From IMG/VR virus record IMGVR_UViG_3300044267_003893, positions 22,071 through 86,070 of that record: 64,000 nucleotides of DNA; one strand, written 5' to 3'. This DNA comes from a virus (Duplodnaviria > Caudoviricetes). How positions within the stretch are numbered: the stretch's first letter is position 1; every line of letters begins with the position of its first letter. Of this stretch, positions 32,452-44,082 are shown piece by piece. The notes under the pieces were generated by a model that was not told the origin of the DNA, made no database searches, and saw nothing but the letters and a program-made list of their open reading frames with translations. Made by a program: the position numbers and the translations under genes.

Positions 32452-33122
32452 TATCTATTTAAATTTTGTTTATTATCTGAATCTTCTGAAGGAACTTTTA
32501 ATGTATTAAATGTTTCTTGCATTACTTGTTGTTCTATTTCTGCAAATAAGAATTCAGGTATAAACATTCTTTGTTTATATCTTGGTATACAGTTATCTGA
32601 AGGATCACAATTAAAATTTGAAATATCATTTTCCCAAACCCCTTCTATTTTTACAGCATCCCAATCTATATTAGGAAAATATAAATAATCATTTAAAAAC
32701 CAAAAGTATTTAGTTGTGTTATATTTAAATGTAGTTGACTTAGTCATTGATGCATAAGTTCCTGGTGCAGTAGCTTGACACTCTGTACAACCATCAATTG
32801 ATGATACAGTTCTAATTAATGGACCCCAATATCCTTCTTGAAATGCTGGAAGTTTTAATTTTGTACGTTTAATAGTTATATCACTTTTTATTCCAATATA
32901 ATCTGATTCTATTTTATCTATATCAACTAATTCTACATAATCTAAACTTTGCCAAATACCATTAAACTTCATTAGCTTATTAGCATTATCTTGTCTTCTC
33001 ATGTATAATTGAGCATATTTTTTAATCAGACTATAAAGATATCTATCTGTAACAAATGCATCTTCAGATTCAGCTTTTATTTGACCTCTGACCCGAGATA
33101 CTATATCTCCTATTGTTTGCAT
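32451..33122 (-). CDS. Conserved structural (ring-type) protein
   Basis: 223 aa; YFWFLNDYLYFPN motif; coupled by a 1-nt overlap to the next gene; synteny. Confidence 0.55.
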   Translation of the reverse strand: MQTIGDIVSRVRGQIKAESEDAFVTDRYLYSLIKKYAQLYMRRQDNANKLMKFNGIWQSLDYVELVDIDKIESDYIGIKSDITIKRTKLKLPAFQEGYWGPLIRTVSSIDGCTECQATAPGTYASMTKSTTFKYNTTKYFWFLNDYLYFPNIDWDAVKIEGVWENDISNFNCDPSDNCIPRYKQRMFIPEFLFAEIEQQVMQETFNTLKVPSEDSDNKQNLNR

Positions 33123-33127
33123 ACTAT

Positions 33128-33649
33128 TTAACTTTTATTTTTATACATATGAGCAACTCTTTTCTTACTTTCCATAACAATATATTTAGGCCATTGTTCA
33201 GGATATGTTTTTGCTACAGCTCTTTTAAATTGTCTAACAGCTTTAAATTGCCACAGTTCTCTATTTTTAAATCTATATTTAGTTGCTAAATTTGTATAAA
33301 ATATTTTAGCAATTTTACCATCAGTTGCATGATTTCTATTTTGAAGAACTTTACCATATTGTTTTGAAAGAGAATAATTAGTATTTACACTCTTTGCAGC
33401 AGGACATGTTCCTATAAATAAATAACCTAGGGAATCAGGTAATTCTACACCTTCTCTGCTTTCTATAACTTCTTCCCACAACTTTGTATTATATAATCTA
33501 ATAATTTTTTTAAGCTTAGAATTGTCTATATTACTATATACAGGATACTTATCTTTAAATTCTTTTATCAATTCTGAATTTAATAAACTTAAAACTTTTT
33601 CCCTGTATCTAGGAGCATTTAAATTTGGAGCTTTAAAATTACTTATCAT
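33128..33649 (-). CDS. IHF/HU-like DNA-binding protein (crAss-like conserved)
   Basis: KKIIRLYNTKLWEEVIESREGVELPDSLGYLFI resembles the HU/IHF helix-strand pattern. The ATG at 33649 is preferred over the track's TTG at 33658. Confidence 0.6.
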   Translation of the reverse strand: MISNFKAPNLNAPRYREKVLSLLNSELIKEFKDKYPVYSNIDNSKLKKIIRLYNTKLWEEVIESREGVELPDSLGYLFIGTCPAAKSVNTNYSLSKQYGKVLQNRNHATDGKIAKIFYTNLATKYRFKNRELWQFKAVRQFKRAVAKTYPEQWPKYIVMESKKRVAHMYKNKS

Positions 33650-33659
33650 ACTATACAAT

Positions 33660-33672
33660 ATAATTTACAAAA
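33660..33672 (-). promoter_or_regulatory. Variant motif TTTTGTAAATTAT
   Basis: Upstream of the IHF-like gene. Confidence 0.45.
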
Positions 33673-33706
33673 AAAAGAGGATTAATAAAAGTTTAAACCC
33701 AATAGA

Positions 33707-34915
33707 TTAGTCTGGTGAATAAGTTAGTTCACATATATTACCTTTATTATAATCATGTAATTCTATTACACCTGATCTTTTAGATCCTACAAACTTATTA
33801 TGATAATGCCAATAATCTGTTCTAGAAAGACTTGGAAGTATCTTTAGCATAAAACCTGTACGTTCATTTGTAGTAATATATTCTACTTTCTTTTTATGAT
33901 GCAAATGACCTGTAAATAAGGTTCTATTTGCAGTTATACCCCATTGTTGTGCAAACTCTGTAGCATAAAGTAAAAGAGAGTTTTTAGTATTTACATCACC
34001 ATGTTCAAAAGCAAAGAAATTATCACCCCATGTATATACTTTTCTTTCAAGATATGTTACATCCCAAAGTATATTAGGATCATCTATAGCTCTAGATAAA
34101 GCATGAGTTAAATGAAATGAAGATAATCTATCATGGTTACCAGGAATATATACAACCTGAAGATCATCACAATATTGTTTTATAAAATTTATACTCCAAT
34201 ATATTGCATCAAATGCTTGCATATATGCATCTGTAGCAGTAGAACAATTATCTAATGGTGTACCACTAGTAGTAGTACCTGCCCATGTATCCATATTCAT
34301 TAGATCTCCTCCTACTACATAAAATATTTTTTTAAGATTATGGCCAGAATGTGCTCTTTCTACAAGATCCATAATAGTTTCTTCAAAATCTTTATCTATA
34401 GTTTCGTTACCTTGTTTACCAAAATGAATATCTTGTAAAGATAAAATAGCACATACATCTTTTTTACTTTGACTTTTAATTCTTTTAACTGGAGAGAATT
34501 TTTTAGGTTTCCAGTTTTCAAGTAATTGTTCTATATGAGCAGTATCATCATTTTTAAGTTTTGTAATTAAAGCTGATATACGCCAATGATCTGACATTTG
34601 TTTATTCCAATATTGAGATAACTTCCATTGTGTTGTGTCAATATTTAATATTTGTATAATTTCTTCAGGAGATTTAGGTTCTGTATGTGATATTCCAGTA
34701 ATTTTTCCTTGACCATTTTCCATGTCATATGATGATGTACAATCATCTGTGACATATCCCATCTCTTTTTCTTCTTTTCTTTTTTCTCTTTCTTCTGCAT
34801 AAATTTCTTTTTTTATTTTATCAAATTCTTCTTCTGTTATTCCTAATCTCTCTGCACAATATTCTGAATTCTTTTTCCATTTTAAAGCATTTTTTACTTT
34901 TTCTTTTAAATTCAT
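33707..34915 (-). CDS. Calcineurin-like metallophosphoesterase with an N-terminal HTH-like segment
   Basis: Motifs DIHFG, GGDLMNMD, PGNHD, EHGD and TGHLHH. Confidence 0.9.
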   Translation of the reverse strand: MNLKEKVKNALKWKKNSEYCAERLGITEEEFDKIKKEIYAEEREKRKEEKEMGYVTDDCTSSYDMENGQGKITGISHTEPKSPEEIIQILNIDTTQWKLSQYWNKQMSDHWRISALITKLKNDDTAHIEQLLENWKPKKFSPVKRIKSQSKKDVCAILSLQDIHFGKQGNETIDKDFEETIMDLVERAHSGHNLKKIFYVVGGDLMNMDTWAGTTTSGTPLDNCSTATDAYMQAFDAIYWSINFIKQYCDDLQVVYIPGNHDRLSSFHLTHALSRAIDDPNILWDVTYLERKVYTWGDNFFAFEHGDVNTKNSLLLYATEFAQQWGITANRTLFTGHLHHKKKVEYITTNERTGFMLKILPSLSRTDYWHYHNKFVGSKRSGVIELHDYNKGNICELTYSPD

Positions 34916-34940
34916 AAGATAGCTATATTAATTAGTGCTG

Positions 34941-34953
34941 CTAATATATAAAA
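34941..34953 (-). promoter_or_regulatory. Variant motif TTTTATATATTAG
   Basis: Between the terminator and the phosphoesterase start; same 13-mer as 62324-62336. Confidence 0.55.
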
Positions 34954-34964
34954 AAAATGTTAAT

Positions 34965-34997
34965 AAAAAAAGAGCCCCAGATGAATATCTAGGGCTC
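34965..34997 (-). terminator. Intrinsic terminator
   Basis: Minus strand GAGCCCTAGAT-attc-ATCTGGGGCTC followed by a T run, about 45 nt after the 35043 stop. Confidence 0.85.
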
Positions 34998-35042
34998 AAG
35001 CGGTTTGTAGAGTAAAACCAACAAAAAATCTCTACTTCCTCG

Positions 35043-35681
35043 CTATGGAATTGTTACATATAATATTACTGATGCCGGATCATATGTATTAATTGTATCA
35101 TTTGGACCTGGACCAGTTGTAATAAATTTTAATTTATAAGTTGTACCTGAAACCATTGAATTATTAAGAATTAATCTAAATGTGTTATTCATCATAGGAT
35201 TTCCTGAATTAAAACTTTGCCATTCTTGCCAATCATCTGTACCATCAGTTGCAAACCAAAGTCTCATATCTGTTATATTAGATGAAAAATCATAATATAT
35301 AATATCTATAAGATCTTTTGTTACTTGGCTTATATAGAAATTTTTAACCATATATGGATATGCTGTTGGATCACTTTGTGCTAATGCTAATTTTTGTAGA
35401 AAATGATCTAATCTTTCACCTTTGTTCATACATACTTCTACTGCAGAATATAGATCATCTTGTCCATCAGGTCCTCCCCAATCTGTTACTTGTATATTTG
35501 TACACCATTTATTTTGTTGATGACAATTTCTTACACATTCAGAACACGTTACTTCACTACACGGTTCTGAAGGAGTTCTACAAGTAGAATCTCCATATAC
35601 TGCATTTGCAGGTATTGTATAGGAAGTACCTGCACAATTACATGTATTAGGTGTAGAACAAGTTCCGTTTTTACAAGCCAT
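35043..35681 (-). CDS. Cys-rich structural protein (fibre-associated)
   Basis: 212 aa with a Cys-rich N-terminus (CKNGTC..CNC..C..PCSEVTCSECV), directly after the fibre gene. Confidence 0.5.
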   Translation of the reverse strand: MACKNGTCSTPNTCNCAGTSYTIPANAVYGDSTCRTPSEPCSEVTCSECVRNCHQQNKWCTNIQVTDWGGPDGQDDLYSAVEVCMNKGERLDHFLQKLALAQSDPTAYPYMVKNFYISQVTKDLIDIIYYDFSSNITDMRLWFATDGTDDWQEWQSFNSGNPMMNNTFRLILNNSMVSGTTYKLKFITTGPGPNDTINTYDPASVILYVTIP

Positions 35682-35700
35682 TTTTTTTAATTTTTAATTA

Positions 35701-38700
35701 TTAACAATCTGCTACATATTTTATATTAACCCAATAAATACCAGTAGTAGCTCCATCTCTATCATATTGTGCAACTCTTCTAACTGAATTTGTAGTAGCA
35801 GCTCCATGTTGTGCATAATATGCTCCATCTACTGGCTGATCAGTTACAGCTCCAGCATTTCCTCCTGCTGCAGATAAATAAGCTGGTACACTTGGATCAA
35901 ATTGAACTCCTGTTGTATTATATAAGTTTATACAATTACTTGCAGTTACCGCAGCAGTTCCTGCTTTAGTACAATTTGTGGTATCACCTGAATCAGTAGC
36001 ATATGTTGAAACCGGATCTCCATTAAGTGTTCCTGACATAATTTGTACAGAATCAGTACCTGTTGGACATTTTGTATCAGTAGTTAATTCCATGCCAGAA
36101 GTATCAATACCTGTTACACGCATTATTGCATTACCTATAAAGTTTGATTGATCTCCTCCAGAATGTAAATTAGAATCAGTTGTTAAATAACTCTTATCTA
36201 TAAAAGGAACAACTCTAAATCCATAATTATATAAACCACTAATAGTATTAGATCCACCTACAGTTGTTCCTGTATATGGAACCATTTGAGATGAGTTAGG
36301 TCCAATATAACCATCTATATTAATTGGATTTTTAACACTACCAGTAGGGAATCCTTTTAATCCTGTTTCTGATAATACTGTTCCTGTTAAAGCACCTGCT
36401 GTTTGTAATACTGTTGCAGCACTTCCATCTTGTGATGAAGAAACTATAGGTACCAATACTTGTTTTAAATCAAACTTTTTATATGTACATCCTTGAGCAG
36501 TTCCCCAACTAGTTCTTGCAGAACCATTAACGTATAATATATCTAATAATTCATCATAATTTTGTTGATACTTAGCAGTAGGTTGTGAACCCCATCCTGC
36601 TGATAAAGTTGCACCACCATAATTACCTTTAGAATTAACATCTCCAATAAAGCAAATTAAGTATACAGTACTTGGTACAGAACCTCCAGATGCCCAATAA
36701 GAAGGTAAACTCTTAAATGAAGAATATCCTGGTGCTACAGTTATACTACCACTTGCTCCATTAGCTTTATCTACCATTGATTTAGTATATTCCATATAAT
36801 CACCAGAATTACCACCTGCTACAGGTACATAATTAATAGTTCCTGTCCATGTTGAACAATTAGATTGAATTAATGTTTTAACTCTTTCCATTTCTGTTTT
36901 TATAACAGCTGCTTCATCTTCACTTAATATATTAGTATCAACAAATACAGTAATATCCGTATCTGTATTTTGAACTGTTGAAGCATCAACTATAGGTATT
37001 GTTATAGTATTAATAGTTCTATTACCTGGATTACCTATAGTACAATCTGTTTCTGCATATACCTCTACAGAATCAATTCCACTAGCTGGACGTGTAGAAT
37101 TAGGAGTATATTTTAATTGAACAGTTCCTCCTAAATTAGAATCATATGTTGAATCAGAAGGTAAAACAAAAGAAGTTGTACCACCTAAAGTAGATGTAGC
37201 ATTCCATGTAATTGGAGTAGTTTGTGTTGAATATCCTACTATATCAATAGGGATTCTTAAAGTTTTACTAGCAACTGCATACCATGCATGTCTATCTGGT
37301 GCATATGCTTCTGAAGTTGAAATTGTAGAAGTATCTCCATATTTAGTTCTTACATAAGATGGCTTGCAATCACAACAAAAAACAACTTGATCTATAGTTT
37401 TATTGACAGTATTAGCTAAAGCATAAATATAATATGTTGTAGCTCCTGCTTTTTTTAGAGATCCTACATATTGCCATCCGTTTTCATTTGAATTCATTGT
37501 AGTAGTCATTCCACTAGCTGGATATGCTACATTTCCACAACTTATACTAGTTGTAGGATTATCACTAATAGCTGTTGTATTAAGAACAAAATGACCATCT
37601 GTTCCTGTTTCAGTACTATCTGTACCTTTATAAACTTCAGGTAATCCTGTAGAAGAATTAAATCCTACTATCCATGCTGTAGTTGTAGCTCCACTTCTAT
37701 TAGTAGCTAATGTTAATTTTGTAGTACCTATACTTGATATTGTTGAAAGATAATCAGAAGATGTTTTACTATAGGATGTACAAGTAGCAGAAGTAGTTGT
37801 AAATGTAGTTCTATCACAAGTTGAAATATTTCCTGATAAACTTGTTGTTTGAACATAAATATCATATTTAGTTCCTGCAATTAATCCAGCTGTTTTTCCA
37901 GTTGTAGAAGTTGCTGTTGGTGATTTAATAGTTTGTTTAGAAATCATACTTCCTGATTGATCCTCAACTATAACTTCATAAGTAGATTTTGAAACAGTAC
38001 TCATTTTAGTTACACTATATTCTACAGATGTTTCTCCTGTAGTAGTTAAAGTAACTGTAGGACATGCTGATGAATTTTCTAATGTAAATTCCATAATACG
38101 TTCACATTGATGAGAACCATCTGTAAAACAAAAATCTATTTTTATTTTAAAATTACTATTTAAATCTAATCCTTTACCATTTAAACCTGCAATACTAAAA
38201 CCTCTAGTATTTGTTAAGTAATTATTAACTTGTACATAATCTATATAAGTATTAAGAGATGAGTCTTCTACAGTAATTTTTGTTCCTTTTACTTTATCAC
38301 AATCATAAAATCCATCAGGAATTACCATGCTTGTAAATAAAAATTTAATACTTGATACAGCTCCTGTTGTTTGATTTTTAACTAAACTTACTTTTGGATC
38401 ATATGTAAATCCAGTACATCCAGAAGGAGTTACAGTAGTTTGTAAACTATCAAGTGCTGTTCTCATATCACATATAGTTTTCCATGCATTACTAAATGAT
38501 TGAGCTAAATTTGATGGTGAAGTATTCCATCCTGGAATTGATGTCATGGTACCATTACCACTTAAACGATCTTTAGTATTTAAACCAACACATGAAGCTT
38601 TAGAAGCTTTTAAAATTTCTGGAGCAGTTCCTAATGCTTGTTTTAATTTACCATAATCTTTTTCTAAGAGTTCTAGGAGTTGATTCATCTCCATTCTTTG

Positions 38701-40101
38701 ACCCTTCTTACCTATATATTTTGGTACAACTTTAGGTGGAACGTATGCAGCACCTCCTTTACCTCTTTCTATTTCTCTTATTTGATTTTTAAGTGTTGTA
38801 ATAATAGGTAGTCTAGCTATGTGAGAATTGCTAACTCCCGTACCAAATCCTTGACTTTCTCCTACTATTGTAACATCACCTGTATCTACTGTCCCCATTC
38901 CTGGTTTAGGAGCACACGAACCATGACTAGCATTTAATAAACAACATATCTTTTGATTTACAAAATCTGTCCAACCACTATATTGATATTCTTCTACTGT
39001 TGTACTAGCATTGTCATCAAAATCACCATAATTATCTGGATCATAAGCCCAATTTATTATTTCAGAATAATAATCATCTTCAAGAGTTTGCAAGAACATA
39101 GTGTCACCTGCTACAAGTGGGGTATTTTGATCTGGATCATTTATGTTGTTATATAAATCACCAACTAATTGTGAACTGCCACTACTAGTATAACCAGTAA
39201 AAAAACATTGTGGTAATACCACCTTAATTATTCCTGGATCTCCAGGTTCACCTTGTAGACCTTGTTCACCCTGAATAGTTTCTCCTGTAAAAGATGTACC
39301 ATCACTATATAACCAAGTAAATGTACCATCACCATTATCTGTAGTACTTATAATTGTTATACCATCTGCACCTTGTTCTCCTTGTAAACCTTGCTCTCCT
39401 TGTAAACCTTGCTCTCCTTGTATACCTTGCTCTCCTATTGGTCCTTGCCATAAATCAATTACATAAGGCTCATCTCCTGAACAAGTTGTATAAATTAAAA
39501 AAGTATTATTATCATTTTGTACAACATTACTTATACCACAACCATCTGGCCCAATATCTCCTTGTAATCCTTGTAATCCTTGTAATCCTTGCAATCCTTG
39601 TGCACCTTGTGGTCCTTCTGGTCCTTCTGGTCCTTCTAAACCTTGTAGTCCTTGTTCTCCTTGTAGTCCCTGTTCTCCTTGTGCTCCAGACAAACCCTGC
39701 ACACCTTGTAAGCCTTGCGGTCCTACAGCTCCTTGTGGTCCTTGTTGTAATTCTAGTCCATCTATATCTGCTATTATTTCTTGAATAGCATCAATATTAA
39801 AATTTACTTGATTTTGTACATTACATAATGTATAAATTATATCTTGAGTAATTTCTTGAATTGTAGTTCCTGGAGCTTCCTCATCTAAAGTACAAAGTGG
39901 TAAAATACCACTTACATCAACAGAAGCTTCTAATCCATTTTCTATTAAAGAACATATTAATTCAGCAATTTTTGCAATAACAGTGCTTACATTATCACCA
40001 TTACATACATTAATACAGTTTAAATCTGGCCCTTGCCAAATAACACATTCAGATGATATAGGATTGCATCCTCTTGTAGCCTGAGTACTTAATGGTAACA
40101 T
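35701..40101 (-). CDS. Tail/head fibre protein with collagen-like repeats and an FN3 domain, 1466 aa
   Basis: Three G-X-Y blocks ([13 protein letters not shown]..., [13 protein letters not shown]..., [13 protein letters not shown]). FN3-like ...[16 protein letters not shown] at about 37830-38065. Thr/Ser-rich beta-type C-terminal half. Confidence 0.8.
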   Translation of the reverse strand: MLPLSTQATRGCNPISSECVIWQGPDLNCINVCNGDNVSTVIAKIAELICSLIENGLEASVDVSGILPLCTLDEEAPGTTIQEITQDIIYTLCNVQNQVNFNIDAIQEIIADIDGLELQQGPQGAVGPQGLQGVQGLSGAQGEQGLQGEQGLQGLEGPEGPEGPQGAQGLQGLQGLQGLQGDIGPDGCGISNVVQNDNNTFLIYTTCSGDEPYVIDLWQGPIGEQGIQGEQGLQGEQGLQGEQGADGITIISTTDNGDGTFTWLYSDGTSFTGETIQGEQGLQGEPGDPGIIKVVLPQCFFTGYTSSGSSQLVGDLYNNINDPDQNTPLVAGDTMFLQTLEDDYYSEIINWAYDPDNYGDFDDNASTTVEEYQYSGWTDFVNQKICCLLNASHGSCAPKPGMGTVDTGDVTIVGESQGFGTGVSNSHIARLPIITTLKNQIREIERGKGGAAYVPPKVVPKYIGKKGQRMEMNQLLELLEKDYGKLKQALGTAPEILKASKASCVGLNTKDRLSGNGTMTSIPGWNTSPSNLAQSFSNAWKTICDMRTALDSLQTTVTPSGCTGFTYDPKVSLVKNQTTGAVSSIKFLFTSMVIPDGFYDCDKVKGTKITVEDSSLNTYIDYVQVNNYLTNTRGFSIAGLNGKGLDLNSNFKIKIDFCFTDGSHQCERIMEFTLENSSACPTVTLTTTGETSVEYSVTKMSTVSKSTYEVIVEDQSGSMISKQTIKSPTATSTTGKTAGLIAGTKYDIYVQTTSLSGNISTCDRTTFTTTSATCTSYSKTSSDYLSTISSIGTTKLTLATNRSGATTTAWIVGFNSSTGLPEVYKGTDSTETGTDGHFVLNTTAISDNPTTSISCGNVAYPASGMTTTMNSNENGWQYVGSLKKAGATTYYIYALANTVNKTIDQVVFCCDCKPSYVRTKYGDTSTISTSEAYAPDRHAWYAVASKTLRIPIDIVGYSTQTTPITWNATSTLGGTTSFVLPSDSTYDSNLGGTVQLKYTPNSTRPASGIDSVEVYAETDCTIGNPGNRTINTITIPIVDASTVQNTDTDITVFVDTNILSEDEAAVIKTEMERVKTLIQSNCSTWTGTINYVPVAGGNSGDYMEYTKSMVDKANGASGSITVAPGYSSFKSLPSYWASGGSVPSTVYLICFIGDVNSKGNYGGATLSAGWGSQPTAKYQQNYDELLDILYVNGSARTSWGTAQGCTYKKFDLKQVLVPIVSSSQDGSAATVLQTAGALTGTVLSETGLKGFPTGSVKNPINIDGYIGPNSSQMVPYTGTTVGGSNTISGLYNYGFRVVPFIDKSYLTTDSNLHSGGDQSNFIGNAIMRVTGIDTSGMELTTDTKCPTGTDSVQIMSGTLNGDPVSTYATDSGDTTNCTKAGTAAVTASNCINLYNTTGVQFDPSVPAYLSAAGGNAGAVTDQPVDGAYYAQHGAATTNSVRRVAQYDRDGATTGIYWVNIKYVADC
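39205..39760 (-). repeat. Collagen-like G-X-Y tandem repeats (9/18-nt units)
   Basis: Tandem TCCTTGTAA units (about 39558-39597), GGTCCTTCT x3 (39611-39637) and ACCTTGCTCTCCTTGTAA units (about 39371-39436). Confidence 0.9.
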
Positions 40102-40143
40102 AAATTTCTTTTTTTTATTTTTCTTCTGAAATTACTATATATA

Positions 40144-40162
40144 ATAATATACAAAAGATTTA
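40144..40162 (-). promoter_or_regulatory. Late promoter-like motif upstream of the fibre gene
   Basis: Identical to 50089-50107. Confidence 0.7.
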
Positions 40163-40175
40163 ATTAACAACCAAG

Positions 40176-42194
40176 TTATTCACATTTTGATATATTGTTA
40201 CATTCAGCTTTACTAACTGTAGTATCAATTATATTATTATCTGTAATAACTAACTTTATATATTTTTGAGAACACCAACCGGTTGTTTCAAAACAATAAC
40301 ATACATTAATTGTATGATTTGTATTAACTGATGCATTTTCTATAGTAGTTTTAAATCTTCCAAATTCATCAGTAAAACCAAAATTTCCTCCATCTAATAT
40401 TATTTCGTAGTTTGGTATTGGAGTTCCGTTTTGATTTACAACTTCAATAAATAGAGTTTCTATATCCTCAACACAACTAACTTCAGGATATGGGGTTATT
40501 TCTATTTCTGTACTAACCCATTGACCATTAGAACATGTTTGATTTGGTGCAACACATCCCAACATTGGATGAATCATATCTAATGTTGTTTGATATCCAA
40601 GACAAGTAGTTACTGGAGCAGGTATTTGTTCACAAGAAATATCTTGTCCACCAGCACTTGTTAGAAAAATTAAATTCGTACCTTCAGGACAACAACATGT
40701 TGAATTAGTATCTATATCACTAGGATTACAATCTACTGGTATTGGTCCGTGACTAATAAATTCAAAAGTATAATTTTCATTTTCATTAAGTGGATCAAAA
40801 CTACTCCAATTTCCATAAATAAGAAGAGGTCCTGGTTGAAAAGTTTCTACTTCTGAAGCATTAGGAATAATAGTAAATCCTTCTAAAAGACAGGGAGTAT
40901 TACTTACACTTGTTCCTTCATCAGAATAAACACCAGTAACAAAATTATCACCAGAATCAAGTGTGGCAGTGTATGATGGTTCATAAAAAGTTGTTCCTTG
41001 TGCGCAATCATATGAACATGTTCTTTGAAGTATTGATTTTTCAGCTCCCATTAAACCCCAATTTGCTTGAGGACCACAACCACTCCAGAATATACTATCT
41101 ATATCTGTTACTCCTATACTCCAAGAAGGCATATAAGTTCCAGAAAATATATCAGCATCATCAAGAACAGACTCTGGAGTAGGTAATTCTTCATAATTAT
41201 TATTTTCATCAATTTCACTAGAATATTTTAAATCATAAATATTATCTCCATCTACATATACTACAGTTATTGGTCTAGGACCATTCGCTTCACCTCCATT
41301 TAATTTAAATGAATTATAATCTTTATTAGTATTTCCAAATAAAGTAAGAGCTACTATTAGAGCTTCTCTATTTTCTCCAGTTGCCCCTTCACTTGGTGCT
41401 GTACTAAAATGATTATAATCAATATACCAAACATCTCCATTTTCATCTGTATATTCTGTTAAACCAACAGTACCATAACCTTCAGTTGGATCATATAATC
41501 CAGTTTCATCATCATAAAAATCTTCAGAAGACTCTATATAAAAACGCATATTTGGATCGTTATATTTAAACCACGCACCTATTGTACCAGCTTTAGGATG
41601 ACCTTCTGGATAAGGTTTTAAATAGAATTGAGCAATAGGAATTTTATAAACAGGTCCATTTGGATCAGGAGAATTGCTTGGATCATAATCAGGATGATCT
41701 TGCCATTCATTTATAAAACCAACTGGATCTACTGTATAATAAAAAGTAACTTGACCTTCTCCAGACTTTACTGGAAAATGATATAGAGGTTTAAAAAAAA
41801 GAGTTCTACTAATATTGATACCACCACCACTATTATATCCACTACCTAATGGACCTTCTCCACAATCATTATTATTAAGTTGTTTAGCATTTGGTATAAA
41901 AACTTGAGGTTTTGGACAACCATTATTACATGTATGTGTCATCCAAGGTTTACATGAATCACCAGGTTCCCAATTATCTTTACAATATTCTATTTCAGAT
42001 TCAAGATATGGATAATGTTTTTTTAGATCAAGATCTTTCCAACTATATAATTCTTTTTTTATTATATATTTTTCTAATTGTTCTGTTATATTAGATGAGC
42101 ATATTCCATATCTTTTATGTTTAAAATCTTTTAAAACATAATCTGCAAATTTTTGCTCAACGTCAACTCTTTTTCTTAGATCTCTATTATTCAT
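40176..42194 (-). CDS. Putative structural protein, 672 aa, with a C-terminal Ig/carboxypeptidase-regulatory-like beta domain
   Basis: C-terminal LFIEVVNQNGTPIPNYEIILDGGNFGFTDEFGRF pattern; acidic, Cys-containing middle; located in the structural module. Confidence 0.5.
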   Translation of the reverse strand: MNNRDLRKRVDVEQKFADYVLKDFKHKRYGICSSNITEQLEKYIIKKELYSWKDLDLKKHYPYLESEIEYCKDNWEPGDSCKPWMTHTCNNGCPKPQVFIPNAKQLNNNDCGEGPLGSGYNSGGGINISRTLFFKPLYHFPVKSGEGQVTFYYTVDPVGFINEWQDHPDYDPSNSPDPNGPVYKIPIAQFYLKPYPEGHPKAGTIGAWFKYNDPNMRFYIESSEDFYDDETGLYDPTEGYGTVGLTEYTDENGDVWYIDYNHFSTAPSEGATGENREALIVALTLFGNTNKDYNSFKLNGGEANGPRPITVVYVDGDNIYDLKYSSEIDENNNYEELPTPESVLDDADIFSGTYMPSWSIGVTDIDSIFWSGCGPQANWGLMGAEKSILQRTCSYDCAQGTTFYEPSYTATLDSGDNFVTGVYSDEGTSVSNTPCLLEGFTIIPNASEVETFQPGPLLIYGNWSSFDPLNENENYTFEFISHGPIPVDCNPSDIDTNSTCCCPEGTNLIFLTSAGGQDISCEQIPAPVTTCLGYQTTLDMIHPMLGCVAPNQTCSNGQWVSTEIEITPYPEVSCVEDIETLFIEVVNQNGTPIPNYEIILDGGNFGFTDEFGRFKTTIENASVNTNHTINVCYCFETTGWCSQKYIKLVITDNNIIDTTVSKAECNNISKCE

Positions 42195-42203
42195 GTTATT
42201 TAA

Positions 42204-42749
42204 CTAGCAAGATGTAGGTGTTATCTTTTTTAATTTAGATTCAGCATATCTATAAATTTCCCATCCTTCATCTGGTGAACTACCATATTCTACTTTTGCT
42301 TTAGCAGCATCAATCATTATTTTTATTTGAGACATCTGTGATAAAACTCTTTTTTTTGATGAACTTGGCTCACATGGATGAATATCTATATCATTTAATT
42401 TTTTATAATACTCAGTCATTATTGAAGTTATTCTTAAATGATTATATTCAACATATACTTTATCATGTGGTTGTACTCTATATTGTATAGCATATATACC
42501 ATCAGGATAACTATTTAAAACTTGTCCACAATCAACTTTTTGTAAACCTATTGCACAAGGATTGATATTTAAACTAAATCCTTGTTGTACTTCTACAATA
42601 AAAGGAACTTGAAATCCAGGAGGTAAAATTAATAATTCAGGACATTCTACAGCTAGATTATCTGCATATTGACTTGTATCTTTGATACTTAATATGTTTT
42701 GATTTGATACTGGAAGCACTTCCAGACTTAATATATGTTTTGCTGCCAT
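42204..42749 (-). CDS. Conserved structural protein, 181 aa
   Basis: Compact ORF (YPDGIYAIQYRVQP...VEYNHLR) downstream of the auxiliary capsid gene and preceded by the late motif. Confidence 0.5.
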   Translation of the reverse strand: MAAKHILSLEVLPVSNQNILSIKDTSQYADNLAVECPELLILPPGFQVPFIVEVQQGFSLNINPCAIGLQKVDCGQVLNSYPDGIYAIQYRVQPHDKVYVEYNHLRITSIMTEYYKKLNDIDIHPCEPSSSKKRVLSQMSQIKIMIDAAKAKVEYGSSPDEGWEIYRYAESKLKKITPTSC

Positions 42750-42776
42750 AGGATTATTTTAATATAGTACTCATAA

Positions 42777-42789
42777 ATAATATACAAAA
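42777..42789 (-). promoter_or_regulatory. Late promoter-like motif TTTTGTATATTAT
   Basis: Sits just downstream of the terminator and upstream of the 42749 start. Confidence 0.65.
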
Positions 42790-42803
42790 AATGGCTTTGA
42801 TAT

Positions 42804-42838
42804 AAAAATAAAAAGGGCAGGAAAATACCCGCCCTTTT
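42804..42838 (-). terminator. Intrinsic terminator
   Basis: Minus strand AAAAGGGCGGG-tatttt-CCTGCCCTTTTTATTTTT, about 20 nt after the 42859 stop. Confidence 0.85.
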
Positions 42839-42858
42839 TAAATATAAGCTGATTACTA

Positions 42859-44082
42859 TTATAAAGAAGAATCAACTGAGTTAAGATCGGTATAACCAAT
42901 ACCAGCCCAAGCAGGTAAATTAGTTCCAAATAAAGTAACTAAATCACCATCTGCGCCAACACCATCTCTAGCAGCAACTCTAATCATATATTGATCATTG
43001 TCAAACGTACCAGAAGGGTTATTAAACCTTGGAACAGAATGTTGGATATAATAACTATTCCAATCATTCTGCGTTCTATCTACATAAGTAAATAAATCAT
43101 CACCTTGTTCAATCTCTCTCATTCTAGAAGCATTTCTAGTTCCAACTGGAAAATGATGCTGTCTATATGATTCAGATAAAATAAGATCTCTTAAAACTGT
43201 TTCACCAGATCCAATTAATTGTGCACCATTTGCAGTATGTGCAAAAGTTCCACAAGTAACACATACGTCACCTGTTTCATCTAATACATCTGCATTAGTG
43301 ATAATAATTGGTTCCATTTCATGATAATCTCTAGGATCAAATGAACAATTACCAAATGTAGTGCTAGTAAAGGCAGCAGTTAAAATTAACTGACCTTGAT
43401 TAGAACTAGTAATTGTAGATAATGCAGATCCACTGTTATAACCAGTTACAAAAGAATCACTTGATGCAGTTACAGTACTAAATGTAGCACCACCATCAGT
43501 AGATGTCTTTAATGTAGCAGTTATAAATTGTGACCAAAAAGTATCATCATTAATCTCATCAGCAATATTAGCTAATACCCAAGTTGGATCTTGATAAGAT
43601 TCACCTGTAGTACAACATAAATTGTTAGCAGAAAATACTTTATACATATTGTGACTCATAAATCTAAGAGCAGGAGATCCTTTAAGATCAACTCTTACCA
43701 TACCTAATGATCCACATGGAAAACAATTGTATTGTGCAGTTAATGTAATTGCATCATTTACTGCAGCTTGTGCATCCATTTTACCAATAAAATTAACATA
43801 CTTTGGATTTAAAATTTTACTTTTAATAGTTTCCTGATATCCTCCCATTGCTGGATTATTTCCTACAGTATCTGAACCATAGAAAGATCCTTGAGCAAAA
43901 TAAAACAAATCCGGTGTGTTAGCATTGTGGGCATTTAAACCCGCAGTTGCTAAACTAGCATTTGTTGTAGGACTAAATAATCCTAACTTTTGAGAAGTCA
44001 TCTGGATAGGGGATTGACCGGACGCTGTCTGGACATCTCCTGGAATAAACGTTTTTCTAAACGCATGACTAAAATAACTCAT
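42859..44082 (-). CDS. Auxiliary capsid / major structural protein (crAss-like)
   Basis: 407 aa with its own promoter motif and terminator, suggesting high expression. C-terminal HSVPRFNNPSGTFDNDQY motif; position near the MCP gene. Confidence 0.6.
   Translation of the reverse strand: MSYFSHAFRKTFIPGDVQTASGQSPIQMTSQKLGLFSPTTNASLATAGLNAHNANTPDLFYFAQGSFYGSDTVGNNPAMGGYQETIKSKILNPKYVNFIGKMDAQAAVNDAITLTAQYNCFPCGSLGMVRVDLKGSPALRFMSHNMYKVFSANNLCCTTGESYQDPTWVLANIADEINDDTFWSQFITATLKTSTDGGATFSTVTASSDSFVTGYNSGSALSTITSSNQGQLILTAAFTSTTFGNCSFDPRDYHEMEPIIITNADVLDETGDVCVTCGTFAHTANGAQLIGSGETVLRDLILSESYRQHHFPVGTRNASRMREIEQGDDLFTYVDRTQNDWNSYYIQHSVPRFNNPSGTFDNDQYMIRVAARDGVGADGDLVTLFGTNLPAWAGIGYTDLNSVDSSL

Noticed and set aside
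39205-39760. Short direct repeats as a CRISPR array or DGR
   Set aside because: The repeats are in-frame collagen codons without unique spacers, and no cas or reverse transcriptase gene is present in the window.
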